The notes: generated by a model from the sequence alone, not told the origin. DNA of 63,868 nt, filler included, from Reclinomonas americana ATCC 50394 (GCA_048213135.1; 16 parts of 16 records of this genome joined end to end with filler, not necessarily neighbours in it), one strand, 5' to 3'; positions 49,676-59,710 are shown, numbered from the whole stretch's first letter. Translations and numbers: made by a program.

Positions 49676-49765
49676 CGCCTCCTCCGGCCTGCCCCAAGGA
49701 CAACCCGTTCGGGGCTTGAGGATCTAAGCCTGAAATGGGGATGTCGGTTTCAGATGTGAAGTGCT

Positions 49766-50235
49766 TCACCTCTGTCGGGCGAGGATCGCTTCCATTTGCT
49801 CGATTTCCTGACTTTGCGATTTGGTGATCCCCTGGCAAAGCGCGACGATCTCGGGATCGGTAATGCTGGCCTTTTCGCACATCAGGATCGCGCCGGAATG
49901 ATGCGGAATCATCGCGCGCAGGAACTCGGCGTTGCCAATGCCGGCTTGGGTTCGCATGGCGATGAAGCCAACGACAAAGACGACAAGGGCAGGCCGACGA
50001 TCATGATGTTCAACCGCGGCGACGGAAACATGGAGCGCATTGAGATGAGCATGATGAGCGTCATCGGCGCCACCATCATCATGGTCATATAGACGTTGTT
50101 GAGATTGAAATGGAAATGCGCAAGCGCCGCGATCATCGTGTACATCACGAGGTACCTCACGATGAAATCCAGCGTCAGTTCGATCGCCAGGCGTCCGTAA
50201 TGGTGCTGACCTTTATCATGACTGCTATGCTCCAT
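49766..50235 (-). pseudogene. Membrane-anchored DUF305-domain protein split by a frameshift near 49990
   Basis: The N-terminal Met-rich TM part and the C-terminal FLRAMIPHHSGAILMCE..Q..EI..M are in different frames. True pseudogene or sequencing indel. Confidence 0.8.
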
Positions 50236-50296
50236 GGCGGCCTCCTTTCGAAACTCAGCTGGATGTCGGGGGCGCCGAGGATTTCGCGAACCGGCG

Positions 50297-50680
50297 CTAT
50301 TTGCCTTTCGCTTTCAGCCATTGATCGATTGTCTGGATCTCTTTTTCCTGCGCACCGACAATTTCATTGGCGAGCTTCTTCACAGCGGGATCCTTGCCGT
50401 TGGCGAGGGCAACTTTCGCCATTTCGATCGCGCCCTGATGGTGGGCTTTCATCTGCGTCATGAAATCGACGTCGGGATCGCCGGTGTATTTCGATGGCAT
50501 CGCCTGCATCATCCGCATCATTGCCGCTTTATATTCCTTCGTTGGGGCGGAATCGGACGCCTCTGGCATCATCATTTTCATGGGCATCCCATCCCCCATC
50601 TGAGGCTTTGGAGCGGGTTGGGCGAGCGCGGCGGTCATCATCGAGACCGCAAGGCCAGCGATCAGTGCGATGCGCATCAT
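50297..50680 (-). CDS. CopM-like DUF305 periplasmic copper-binding protein
   Basis: GGAG before ATG 50680, signal peptide, Met-rich segment, DPDVDFMTQMKAHHQGAIEMA..L..GKDP..AQEKEI. Confidence 0.92.
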   Translation of the reverse strand: MMRIALIAGLAVSMMTAALAQPAPKPQMGDGMPMKMMMPEASDSAPTKEYKAAMMRMMQAMPSKYTGDPDVDFMTQMKAHHQGAIEMAKVALANGKDPAVKKLANEIVGAQEKEIQTIDQWLKAKGK

Positions 50681-50913
50681 TTGAGTTCTCCAACAGACGC
50701 AAGGGGAACGGCTAAGCCGCCAATTTAAGGCAGCTTTCCGCGCAACTGCGGCAGGCTCGGACCCAACCACCCAGGTCTCCGCTCGGAGTCGTTGGCGCAG
50801 TCTCCACGACTGCATGGCAGCGTCGAGATGGTGCATAATCGGCCTCCCGTCCTTCAGGCGACAATTGTCGCTCTTGGAATAAAGACGCAGGCGGTCAACC
50901 GGCTGTTCCCGGC

Positions 50914-50931
50914 TGATACAATCTGTAACAA
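50914..50931. promoter_or_regulatory. Candidate response-regulator box upstream of the DUF305 operon
   Basis: TGATACA-ATC-TGTAACA is a near-palindrome and also a GATACAA/GTAACAA direct repeat. Function is inferred only. Confidence 0.3.
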
Positions 50932-51211
50932 AGCGGGTGTACGAACTGGTCAGGGAGGTGGCGAGGAAGCCAGTAATACGTCCTGGCAAGAATTCTAAGA
51001 ATCTGCCTCTGGTGACATATTGAAGAAGCGGACGACGGCTCGCCGGGCTAAATCCGTTTCGTCCTCCGCAATGCCAACGAGATCGACCACGATACGGGCA
51101 AGCCTCGACCGNNNNNNNNNNNNNNNNNNNNNNNNNNNNNNNNNNNNNNNNNNNNTTAATTAATTAANNNNNNNNNNNNNNNNNNNNNNNNNNNNNNNNN
51201 NNNNNNNNNNN

Positions 51212-52574
51212 GGTCGTGTCCCTGATGGTGGTGTAGCTTCGCGGAGCCACCGCGCTGCCGGCTTTGGCCGGGCTGGTCAGGCGGCCACGGCAGGCAGGCT
51301 GACGATGGGATCATCGCTGATCGGAGCGATGCTTTCCAGCGTGATGTAGCGGGCGCGCTGTACGGCCCACTCGTCGTTCTGTTCGAGCAGGATGGCGCCG
51401 ACGAGCCTGGTGATGGCGGCTTCGTTGGGGAAGATGCCGACGACCTCGGTGCGGCGCTTGATCTCGCCGTTGAGGCGCTCCAGCGGGTTGGTGCTGTGCA
51501 GCTTGGCGCGGTGCTGCGTCGGGAAGGTCATGTAGGCCAGGACATCCGTCTCGGCCTTGTCCATCAGGGCGGCGAGCTTGGGGACGGTGGGCCTGAGCTG
51601 ATCGGCGACGCGGCGCCATTGCTGGCTTGCGGCCGCAGCGTCGTTTTGGGCGAAGGCGGTGGCGATGAAGGCCGAGACGACGCGCCGCCCGCTGCGACCG
51701 GCATGAGCCAGGGCATTGCGCATGAAGTGCACCCGGCAGCGCTGCCAGGTCGCGGTCAGCACCTTCGAGACGGCCGCCTTGATGCCCTCATGACTGTCGG
51801 AGACGACGAGCTTGACGCCTCGCAGGCCGCGCCGCGCCAGCTTGCGTAGGAACGCCGTCCAGAAGGTCTCGGCCTCGGAGGGCCCGATATCCATGCCCAG
51901 CACCTCGCGCCGACCGTCATTGTTGACGCCGACGGCGACGATGACCGCCACCGAGACGATCCGGCCGGCCTGGCGGACCTTCACATAGGTGGCGTCGATC
52001 CACAGATACGGCCAGTCGCCCTCGATCGGCCGGTCGAGGAAGGCGCCGACCCGCTCGTCGATCTCCTCGCAGAGCCGCGACACCTGGCTCTTCGAGATGC
52101 CGCTCATGCCCATCGCCTTGACCAGATCGTCGACCGAGCGGGCCGAGATACCCTGGATGTAGGCCTCCTGGATCACCGCGGTGAGCGCCTTCTCGGCCAT
52201 GCGCCGCGGCTCGAGGAAGCCCGGGAAATAGCTGCCCTTCCTCAGCTTCGGGATGCGCAGCTCGACCGTGCCGGCGCGCGTCTCCCAATCCCTGTCGCGA
52301 TAGCCGTTGCGCTGGGCCAGCCGCTCCGGGCTCTTCTCGCCGAAGCCGGCGCCGGTCAGCCCGCCGACCTCAAGCTCCATCAGGCGCTGCGCGGCAAAGC
52401 CGATCATCTCGCGCAGAAGATCGGCGTCGGGGCTCTTCTCCAGCAGCCCGCGCAGGTTCATCATCTCATCGGTCATCGGGGATCTCTCGGGTCAGGGTTG
52501 GCGTTCGCAACCCAAACCTAACCGGCAATCCCCGATGACCACCCTCAGCTACACCACGCTATGGGACACGACCC
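51212..52574 (-). mobile_element. IS256-family insertion sequence, essentially complete
   Basis: 27-bp terminal inverted repeats at 51212-51238 and 52547-52573 (22/27 identical) flank the transposase. Confidence 0.95.
51277..52476 (-). CDS. tnp: IS256 (Mutator-type) DDE transposase, 399 aa
   Basis: [60 protein letters not shown]. Confidence 0.97.
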   Translation of the reverse strand: MTDEMMNLRGLLEKSPDADLLREMIGFAAQRLMELEVGGLTGAGFGEKSPERLAQRNGYRDRDWETRAGTVELRIPKLRKGSYFPGFLEPRRMAEKALTAVIQEAYIQGISARSVDDLVKAMGMSGISKSQVSRLCEEIDERVGAFLDRPIEGDWPYLWIDATYVKVRQAGRIVSVAVIVAVGVNNDGRREVLGMDIGPSEAETFWTAFLRKLARRGLRGVKLVVSDSHEGIKAAVSKVLTATWQRCRVHFMRNALAHAGRSGRRVVSAFIATAFAQNDAAAASQQWRRVADQLRPTVPKLAALMDKAETDVLAYMTFPTQHRAKLHSTNPLERLNGEIKRRTEVVGIFPNEAAITRLVGAILLEQNDEWAVQRARYITLESIAPISDDPIVSLPAVAA

Positions 52575-52629
52575 GAAGCCGGCGAAGCTCAGCAGGATCT
52601 TCCGGCAAATCAGCAGCGCCGCGCGACAT
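52575..52629 (-). pseudogene. tnpC: First 18 codons of an IS66 TnpC, interrupted by the IS256
   Basis: MSRGAADLPEDPAELRRL starts 50 nt after the tnpB stop and ends at the IS256 inverted repeat. Confidence 0.7.
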
Positions 52630-52679
52630 GCCTCAGATTACCAAAAGCACCTGATTTGCATAGAAAAGACAGGGCGTTC

Positions 52680-52832
52680 TCACGCAAAAACCGGCTGTTT
52701 CGTCTCCTCGGCCGCGATGGTTCTGCGCCAGTCGATCCCCTCGATCAGCAACGCCAGCTGAGCTGCGCTCAGGCGCATTCCGCCATCCACGATCGGCGGC
52801 CAGACGAAGCGTCCCTTCTCCAATCTCTTGTA
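52680..52832 (-). pseudogene. tnpB: C-terminal half of IS66 TnpB (Orf2), cut by the recombinase element
   Basis: YKRLEKGRFVWPPIVDGGMRLSAAQLALLIEGIDWRRT...* is the IS66 Orf2 signature. Similarity stops at 52832. Confidence 0.88.
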
Positions 52833-52876
52833 CCTCACATGAGATTGCAGCCACGCCCGGTACAGATCAGCAGTTA

Positions 52877-53152
52877 GTGCGGGTCACGCATCCGTTTCAC
52901 CCTCTGTTCAGACGGAAGTTGCCCTGCGTCGGCCGGCGGTACAACCGCCATGGCGAACGCGTTTTGCTGCAGGCCGACGACAGCGCTGTCTGGTCTGTCC
53001 CTCCGCAATGGACTGACCTTGTGAGTCTGGATCCGGAAGTCGTCATGGGCCATGGGCGCCCGCCTTTGCGGGCCGCCGACTTGATAGAGCTGGTCGACCT
53101 GGTGGATCGCCTTTCCGGCAAGTCGGTGACGCGATCGCGCGGCAGTCCGTAA
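52877..53152 (+). CDS. DUF5372-family protein
   Basis: RVTHPFHPL...SVPPQWTD...DLIELVDLV. Confidence 0.8.
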   Translation: MRVTHPFHPLFRRKLPCVGRRYNRHGERVLLQADDSAVWSVPPQWTDLVSLDPEVVMGHGRPPLRAADLIELVDLVDRLSGKSVTRSRGSP

Positions 53153-53298
53153 GGGCGATTATGCCGCATATGTAAAGTGGATTACGCCGCGTGAGGTGTT
53201 CTTATGAGTGTCATACTTTGTTTTATAGGCGATTTGGCGCGAGCCGGCTGCATAAGCAGGCTTGACGTGGCCGTAGTTGGCGGCGCAATCATATTTAC
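53149..53298. promoter_or_regulatory. Three 19-bp boxes GTAA-N4-GATTRYGCCGC (53149-53167 and 53172-53190 direct; 53280-53298 inverted) around a TTGACG -35 candidate at 53262
   Basis: Direct comparison of the three copies. Confidence 0.65.
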
Positions 53299-53330
53299 GT
53301 CAATGCCGCGTCGTGCGGTCGGAGTCAGCG

Positions 53331-53791
53331 ATGTCGGCGAAGCACGACAGCAAGCGATCGAAGACCGATGCCCTCGTCGAAGAGGGCACCTTCAATCCAA
53401 CCCCGGACAAGGTGCGCGATCCGAAGTTCCATGGCAGCGAGTTCTTCGATCCGCACGACTCTGTGCAGGTCAGATACGAGATGCTGCGGCGCGTCTCCAT
53501 CGACAAGGTATCGGTGACGGACGCCTCCGACGAGTATGGCGTTTCCAGGCCGACCTACTACCAGGCCAAGGCGAACTTCGACGCCGCCGGGATCGCCGGA
53601 CTGGTGCCGGCAAAGCCAGGCCCCCGTGGGCCCCACAAGATCGGCGACGAGGTCCTGGCGTTCCTGCAGGCTCGACTGGTCCCGGGCGAACCCGTCCGCG
53701 CTCGGGAGCTGGCGAAGCTGGTCCGCCACGACCTCGATATCGAGCTGCATCCGAGGACGATCGAGCGGGTACTAAAAAAAGCGGCAGGTGA
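53331..53791 (+). CDS. Helix-turn-helix protein; its natural stop at 53791 needs a -1 shift in the A7 run at 53774-53780
   Basis: GGAG at 53321, FFDPHD.VQVRYEMLR, YGVSRPTYYQ, GLVPAKPGPRGPHK, HPRTIERVL. The stop forms a GTGA overlap with the next ORF. Confidence 0.8.
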
Positions 53792-54087
53792 ACGGTGCCG
53801 CGACAGCGGCATGTTCGATCCTGTCGCCAGCGATTGCGGACCAGTACGAGGTGTTGCGTGGGGCGGCCCTTGGCGATGTGCTGCCGCTCAAGGCCCGGAG
53901 TGGCCTCATGTTCTTTCTGCGCCGGGGCATGTGGGGATGGGCCCGGGCGCTGATCACAACGGCAAGCGTCCCTCGAGAGCAGATCTACCCGCCGACGGCC
54001 GCCTGGCCGGCACATGGCGGGCACGCAGCCCTCGTTCACGTCCTTGCGACAATCGCCGCGAGCATCCACGATCGGAGATCGTCATGA
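53788..54087 (+). CDS. Small hypothetical protein of the recombinase element
   Basis: YEVLRGAALG...GLMFFLRRGMWGW. GTGA and ATGA overlaps at its two ends. Confidence 0.75.
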   Translation: MNGAATAACSILSPAIADQYEVLRGAALGDVLPLKARSGLMFFLRRGMWGWARALITTASVPREQIYPPTAAWPAHGGHAALVHVLATIAASIHDRRSS

Positions 54088-56201
54088 ATGCCCACCTCAA
54101 GATCCGGCCTGATCACCTCCAGCGTGGCGCATACCTGTACATCCGCCAATCTTCGATGCGGCAAGTCGTCGAGAACGCCGAGAGCACCAGGCGGCAATAT
54201 GGGCTTCGCGGGCGTGCTGTCGCTCTCGGCTGGCGCGACGAGCAGATCATCGTCATCGACAACGATCAGGGTGAGTCCGGCGCGTCGGCGACTTGGCGCG
54301 AGGGGTTTCAGCGGCTGGTCAGCGACGTCGGCATGGGGCATGCCGGGATCGTGATGGGCCTGGAGGTCTCCCGGCTGGCGCGCAACAATGCCGACTGGCA
54401 ACGCCTCCTGGAGATTTGCGCCCTTGCCGACACCCTGATCCTTGATGAAGACGGCGTCTACGACCCGGCGAGCTTCAACGATAGGCTTTTGTTGGGGTTG
54501 AAGGGAACAATGAGTGAAGCCGAACTCCATGTGATCAAGGCGAGGCTGCGCGGCGGCATCCTCAACAAGGCCCGGCGCGGCGAGTTCCGCTGCCCCCTGC
54601 CAACCGGGCTGGTCTATGACCATTCCGGCAATGCGGCGCTCGATCCAGACATGCAAGTCAGGGAGACGATCATGCATTTCTTCGAGACGTTCTCTCGCGT
54701 CGGCTCCGCCTCCCAGACCGTCAAGGCCTTTCGCGCGGAAGGCCTTCTGTTCCCGTCACGACTGCACAACAGCGAGACGGTGTTTCGGCCGCTGACAGCG
54801 TCGACGGCGGTGCGCGTCCTCAACAATCCGCGCTACGCCGGCGCCTACGCCTATGGCCGACGACAGTTTCGGCGCACCATCGATGGGAAGAAGACGGTGC
54901 GGGCACGAGATAATGACGACTGGCTGGCCTGCATTCCCGATGCCCATCCCGGTTATGTCAGCTGGGAGCAACATCAGGAGAACCTGAAGATCCTCAAGGC
55001 GAACGGCCATGGATATGACACGGCCCGTGCGTCAATCCCGAGAGAAGGCCCGGCGCTGCTGCAAGGCCGGGCCGTGTGCGGGCAATGCGGATGGCATTTC
55101 CGGGTTCGCTACGCTGCCCGGCGTGGCCGGCAGGAAGCCTGGTACATCTGTGATCGCGCCCATACCTATCGCGGCGAACCCCGGTGCCAGTCGATCGCCG
55201 GGCCTCCTATCGACGAAGCCATCGGCATGCTGATTGCCGAGCAGATGACGCCGGCTGCCGTCGAACTGGCGCTCGAAGTCCGCCAGGAGATTCTAGCCCG
55301 GCATGAAGAAGCCGATCGGCTGCGCTGCCGCGCGATCGAGCGTGCCCAGACCGAAGCCGATCTCGCCCAGCGCCGTTTCATGCTCGTCGATCCCAACAAT
55401 CGCCTCGTCGCCGACACGCTCGAAGGCGAATGGAACGAGAAGCTCCGCATCCTGGCCAATGCCCGCGAAGAGCGCGAGCGCGCCCGACAGCACGATCAAT
55501 TCATCCTCGATGAAGCCGTCCATAAGCGACTGGTCGCAATGACGGTGGACTTCAACAAGCTCTGGGCGGATCCCGACACCCCAAACCGCGAACGCAAGCG
55601 ATTGCTGGCTTACATCATCGAGGATGTCACGCTCGTCAAGCTGCCGGCGGAAGGCTTCACCAGGGCTCATGTGCGGTTCAAGGGCGGCAAGATCCAGACG
55701 CTCACCACCTCGAGCCCCAAATCTTCCGCCGAGCAGGTCACGACACAGCCCGGCATCGTCGAACTGGTCGACAGGCTCCTCGACGGCCACATCTATTCCG
55801 AGATCGCCGACCTCCTCAACCAACAAGGATATCGCCCTGGCGAGGCCGCGCGCCGCGGTCGGCACGACGCCCGCTTCACGTCCAAGCGGGTTGCCTATCT
55901 CGCCCACGAGTACAAGCTGCGTCCACGCTATGACCGACTGCGAGAGCGCGGAATGCTGACAAAACGGGAAGCAGCCGTGCGTCTCAATATCCACGAGCAT
56001 ACTGTTGCCAGGTGGGCCAAGCACGGCCTCATCGCCAGCCATGCCTATAACGGTCACTACCACTTGTACGAAGTCCCCGATTCAAACCTACCGCAAAAGC
56101 ATTGCAGTCGATGGGACCGGCTCGCCGATCGGGTTGCCGTACGTCTGGAAAATACGAGCCAGGCAAGACCATCAGCTGACGTGGAAAGAGGTGTAGTATG
56201 A
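54084..56201 (+). CDS. Large serine recombinase (resolvase, recombinase and zinc-ribbon domains, C-terminal HTH), 705 aa
   Basis: AYLYIRQSS (catalytic Ser), EVSRLAR, LNNPRYAG, LLQGRAVCGQCG...YIC...C, coiled coil, MLTKREAAVRLNIHEHTVARW. Confidence 0.95.
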   Translation: MNAHLKIRPDHLQRGAYLYIRQSSMRQVVENAESTRRQYGLRGRAVALGWRDEQIIVIDNDQGESGASATWREGFQRLVSDVGMGHAGIVMGLEVSRLARNNADWQRLLEICALADTLILDEDGVYDPASFNDRLLLGLKGTMSEAELHVIKARLRGGILNKARRGEFRCPLPTGLVYDHSGNAALDPDMQVRETIMHFFETFSRVGSASQTVKAFRAEGLLFPSRLHNSETVFRPLTASTAVRVLNNPRYAGAYAYGRRQFRRTIDGKKTVRARDNDDWLACIPDAHPGYVSWEQHQENLKILKANGHGYDTARASIPREGPALLQGRAVCGQCGWHFRVRYAARRGRQEAWYICDRAHTYRGEPRCQSIAGPPIDEAIGMLIAEQMTPAAVELALEVRQEILARHEEADRLRCRAIERAQTEADLAQRRFMLVDPNNRLVADTLEGEWNEKLRILANAREERERARQHDQFILDEAVHKRLVAMTVDFNKLWADPDTPNRERKRLLAYIIEDVTLVKLPAEGFTRAHVRFKGGKIQTLTTSSPKSSAEQVTTQPGIVELVDRLLDGHIYSEIADLLNQQGYRPGEAARRGRHDARFTSKRVAYLAHEYKLRPRYDRLRERGMLTKREAAVRLNIHEHTVARWAKHGLIASHAYNGHYHLYEVPDSNLPQKHCSRWDRLADRVAVRLENTSQARPSADVERGVV

Positions 56202-56311
56202 ATGCAGAGCGNNNNNNNNNNNNNNNNNNNNNNNNNNNNNNNNNNNNNNNNNNNNTTAATTAATTAANNNNNNNNNNNNNNNNNNNNNNNNNNNNNNNNN
56301 NNNNNNNNNNN

Positions 56312-56399
<88 letters not shown>
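56312..56399. repeat. (TC)n microsatellite, ~44 units, at the contig start
   Basis: Perfect dinucleotide run. Confidence 0.97.
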
Positions 56400-56403
<4 letters not shown>

Positions 56404-56425
56404 ACCCACACACATGCACACACAG

Positions 56426-58488
56426 GCAGAGTTGCGTGCCAGTGTATACACAGCAATCGAGGATCCAGATGAGTTGAGCGAAGAGCAGCTGCGTGCGGGG
56501 GAGAGGATGCACTCGTCGCCTGATCGTTGCGTGCTCTCTCTTGTGCACACACACACACAGTCACACACTCACTCACTCTCTCTCTCTCTCACACACACTC
56601 AGGGGTGTTGGCATTGCACTTGGTGCGCGAGTTGCTGGATTGTTATGGACTCGTACACACCATGGACGTGTTTGAGCAGGACTCACAGCTGGTCAGTGCT
56701 CGCCACTCCTTCTCTCTCTCTCTCTCACACACAGTCACTGAGTGTGTGAGAACTGGGGGCAAGCGCAGTACAGAGACGCATCGTGGCCTTCACGAGAATC
56801 CATGCTGGCCGCACTCGGACTGACCGACAGCACGGAACCGGTGTTGGTGTCACTGGTGCGCAAGAGCCTGGGATCGCCGATCGCCCCCACTGGAGAGACG
56901 ACAAACAGCAAGAGCGTGCCTTCTGTCATTCGAGTGCCGACTGTGCCGAAACCGCAGTTGCGATCGATCTGCATGCTCGCTTGTCGTGTGTGCGCGTGTT
57001 GTCTCTTCCTGAGAGAGGGAGCGATGCAGAGCGTTGCCATCTCCGCTCTCGGACACTGCCGACGACGACGACGATGATGATGAGCATGATCGGAACGGTG
57101 TGGCTCGCAAGGCGTCGCCGACCAAGACGCCACCTGCGCAGCCTGCGTCCGTGGCCAAGCCTGGTGTGTGTTGTTCATTGTACAGTGCATTCTTCCATTT
57201 CAATTGCTGCTCATGTGGTGTGCCGTGAGAAGCCGCGGCAGCAGCTGGTGGTGGTGGACATGCCACGCCACTGGTGGCGTCGGTGGATCAGCCGCTCTCA
57301 CGGCTCGGACAATTGCCGTCGCTGCAGGGACGATCGGCGTTGACGGCGTCGGATCCGAATCGGCTGCGCGTCACTGGCTCGCTTGGCGACAGTCTCGAGA
57401 ATCCACTCACCATGACGTTCTCCACGTTGCGTGAATGTCATTCAAGCTGGGGTTCTGATGGTGCCTGCTGTCGCTAACTTTTTGGCGATACGCAGTGACT
57501 CGGGCCATGAGCAAATAGATCAGCCTCTGACGCCAAACAGGGTACGTCTTTACTCTCTCTCTCTCTCTCTCCTTCCCTCCCTCCCTCTCTCACACACACA
57601 CTCCCTTGTTTCGCTTGTCGCTATTCTACTGGTCATCGACTGACGACTTGCGTGCAGGGTTCCTTCCTGGAGACCGCCAATGAACGCGTCTCTGCGCAGC
57701 AGCAGCCCGTATCACGCAAGAGCCCACTCGATGCCTCGGTGGACAGGTGGGCCTTATGTGTTGAATCACCCGCCCTTTCAGTTCATTTTGCTCACCTTCA
57801 CGCTCGTAGCATCGGCTCACCCTCGGCTGTCGGTACGGAGGAGACGGTGGAATCGATTGCGGAGAGTGTGGACGACGTCATGGATGAGGACGACGAGAGA
57901 CCACTGTCGCGAGGTGGCGTTCAGACACCTCCCGGCGCCGCGCTACCGCCGCCGCGATTCGGAGCCGCCAGCCAGTTGCAGCGACCACCGGAGCGCGATG
58001 GCCGACCTGCGCAGCCCAACAGTCCGTCAACAATAACCGCCGCCGTCTCTTCCCCCGCCGGCAGCAATCTCAACAAGTCGACCGCCAGCACCGCCACGAA
58101 TCGCTCGTCAGACGAAGACGAGGGCGACGGTCTGGAAGACGACGACGTCGGCGGCCTGAAGCGTCAGTCGCCGGCCGGTAGCGACGCTTCCAACTCCAAG
58201 CCAGCAGCAGCAGGGCCTGCCAAGGACAAGCCGCCAACACAACTGGCGCCTCTGGCGGAACCGAAAAAGAGTATGTTGGGTGAACTGCCGCCCGTGCGCG
58301 GTGGTGCCGGTCGTCTCGATCCCCTCGGTAGCGCAGGTGCCGGTCCACCACGACTCGGTGAGCTGCAGCGACCAGGATCGGCGCTGGCCCGTCCGCTGGC
58401 CACGGTCGCGGCCGACGAGGCGGTGGATCTCGATTCCGAGGAGGACGTGGAGAGCTCGGATCTGGGCAAGTCGCCAAAGGTGCGCTCC

Positions 58489-58521
<33 letters not shown>

Positions 58522-59710
58522 CCAGCTTCGCCACCGCCGCGACGAACAGGTCGAATTGTGGTGGGTGACGACAAACCGGCCGCCAAGCAAGAGCCAGCGG
58601 GCGCGGTGCTGACGGGCGGTGGGTTCTCGGTGCCTGCGCACTACTTGAAGCCGTCGCACGATGACGACGACGATGATGATGATGACGACGATGCCGGTAG
58701 TGGAAAGAAGGGCAAGAAGCAATCAGCCGCTCATGTTGCGTGCTGGTGGCGCTGCTGTGATTGCGATGTGAGATCTGACTTTTACTCCGCAGTCCGATTC
58801 TGACGGTGGCGATTCACCACCGCCCGTACGCAAGCGTGGATTTATCACCGACCTGGCACAATCGGCGGACTCGGATCGACCCGTGTCGGCCACGCGAACG
58901 GGTAGTCGTTTCGGTGCGCAGGCGGGCAAGCCTGCAGCAACGGCAGCAGTAGCTGCGGCTGACACGGACCGCGACGAAGACGAGTATTCTGGTGCACATA
59001 TGCTCCACTCCCCCCTTTGCCTGTGTTGTTGCTGATCAGTTGCTGTGCCCTGCAGACACCTTTGACAGCTCGCGAGCCAGTGGTTCGTCGGCACCCGGCG
59101 GCTCCAACAGCGATGCGCCACGAGCCTCCGGTGACATGATGAGTCTGTTTGGCCTGAACCGCGCCAATCCTGGGGCGGCCGGCGGCGCTCCACCCTCCCG
59201 ACCGATTGCGGCAGCCGACGAGGCAGAAGATGCGGCAAGGTATGACGGTATTGATCATTGGTTGTGATTAGCGTCCTCTCACATCCATTGGACGGGCAGT
59301 GTCGACGAGGAGATCGAGTCGGATGTCGAGGACGACGACGGTGACGAGGAGATCGATGTGGGCGGCGACGCCTCGGACGACTCGACCGATCGCCACCCCG
59401 TCAATGTGCCCACGAAGCCACTGCAGGGGGCACGACCAGCATCCGCCTCCACTGCGGCCCCGGCAGCTGGCTCCTCCTCACTCGGAACGCTGGCCGGTCT
59501 CCCCGCTCTCAGTCGGCCGCGAACCGCTCAGCCGCCTCCCGCCAGCAGCAACTGGAGAAAACACGGTACGTTGGCGCATTCACACTCGCAACGAGAAAAA
59601 CACATGACTGACAAGAGTGTGCAGTGGACGACGATGAAGACGACGACGTCATTGACGACGACGACGATGCAGGAGATGAGGAAGTCAACTTGTCAGACGA
59701 CGCGTTTTGA
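56426..59710 (+). CDS. FGFR1OP/FOP/CEP43-like centrosomal protein (LisH/FOP dimerisation domain plus long acidic disordered tail), 5' incomplete
   Basis: AELRASVYTAIE...LVRELLDCYGLVHTMDVFEQDS...LGL....PVLVSLV, followed by many D/E/P/S-rich exons. Stop TGA at 59708-59710. Confidence 0.75.

Larger units (their letters stand above)
52833..56203 (+). mobile_element. ~3.4 kb four-gene large-serine-recombinase element (resembles the y4bD-y4bC-y4bB-y4bA cluster of pNGR234a)
   Basis: DUF5372, HTH, small ORF and LSR in one direction, with coupled stop/start overlaps for the last three. The left end truncates IS66 tnpB. The right end is approximate. Confidence 0.75.
44814..56211. other. Four intronless bacterial contigs (alphaproteobacteria-like) among the eukaryotic contigs
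   Basis: Operon-style overlaps (TTGA/GTGA/ATGA), Shine-Dalgarno motifs, IS elements, no introns or microsatellites. Bounded only by linkers. Confidence 0.93.

Noticed and set aside
50681..50989. N-terminal 100-aa extension of DUF305 in the ORF track
   Set aside because: The Shine-Dalgarno motif and signal peptide point to ATG 50680.
52680..52832. tnpB as an RNA-guided IS200/IS605 TnpB nuclease
   Set aside because: The sequence is the unrelated IS66 Orf2 accessory protein and has no RuvC motifs.
53277..56201. 974-aa ORF as a single novel recombinase
   Set aside because: Overlap logic and the Shine-Dalgarno position support three genes. The fusion depends on one homopolymer and is kept only as a recoding hypothesis.
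37923..59710. Alternative genetic code in the eukaryote
   Set aside because: TAA (protease), TAG (NOP10) and TGA (FOP-like) all end genes at plausible positions. In-frame stops in the conserved genes are explained by introns.
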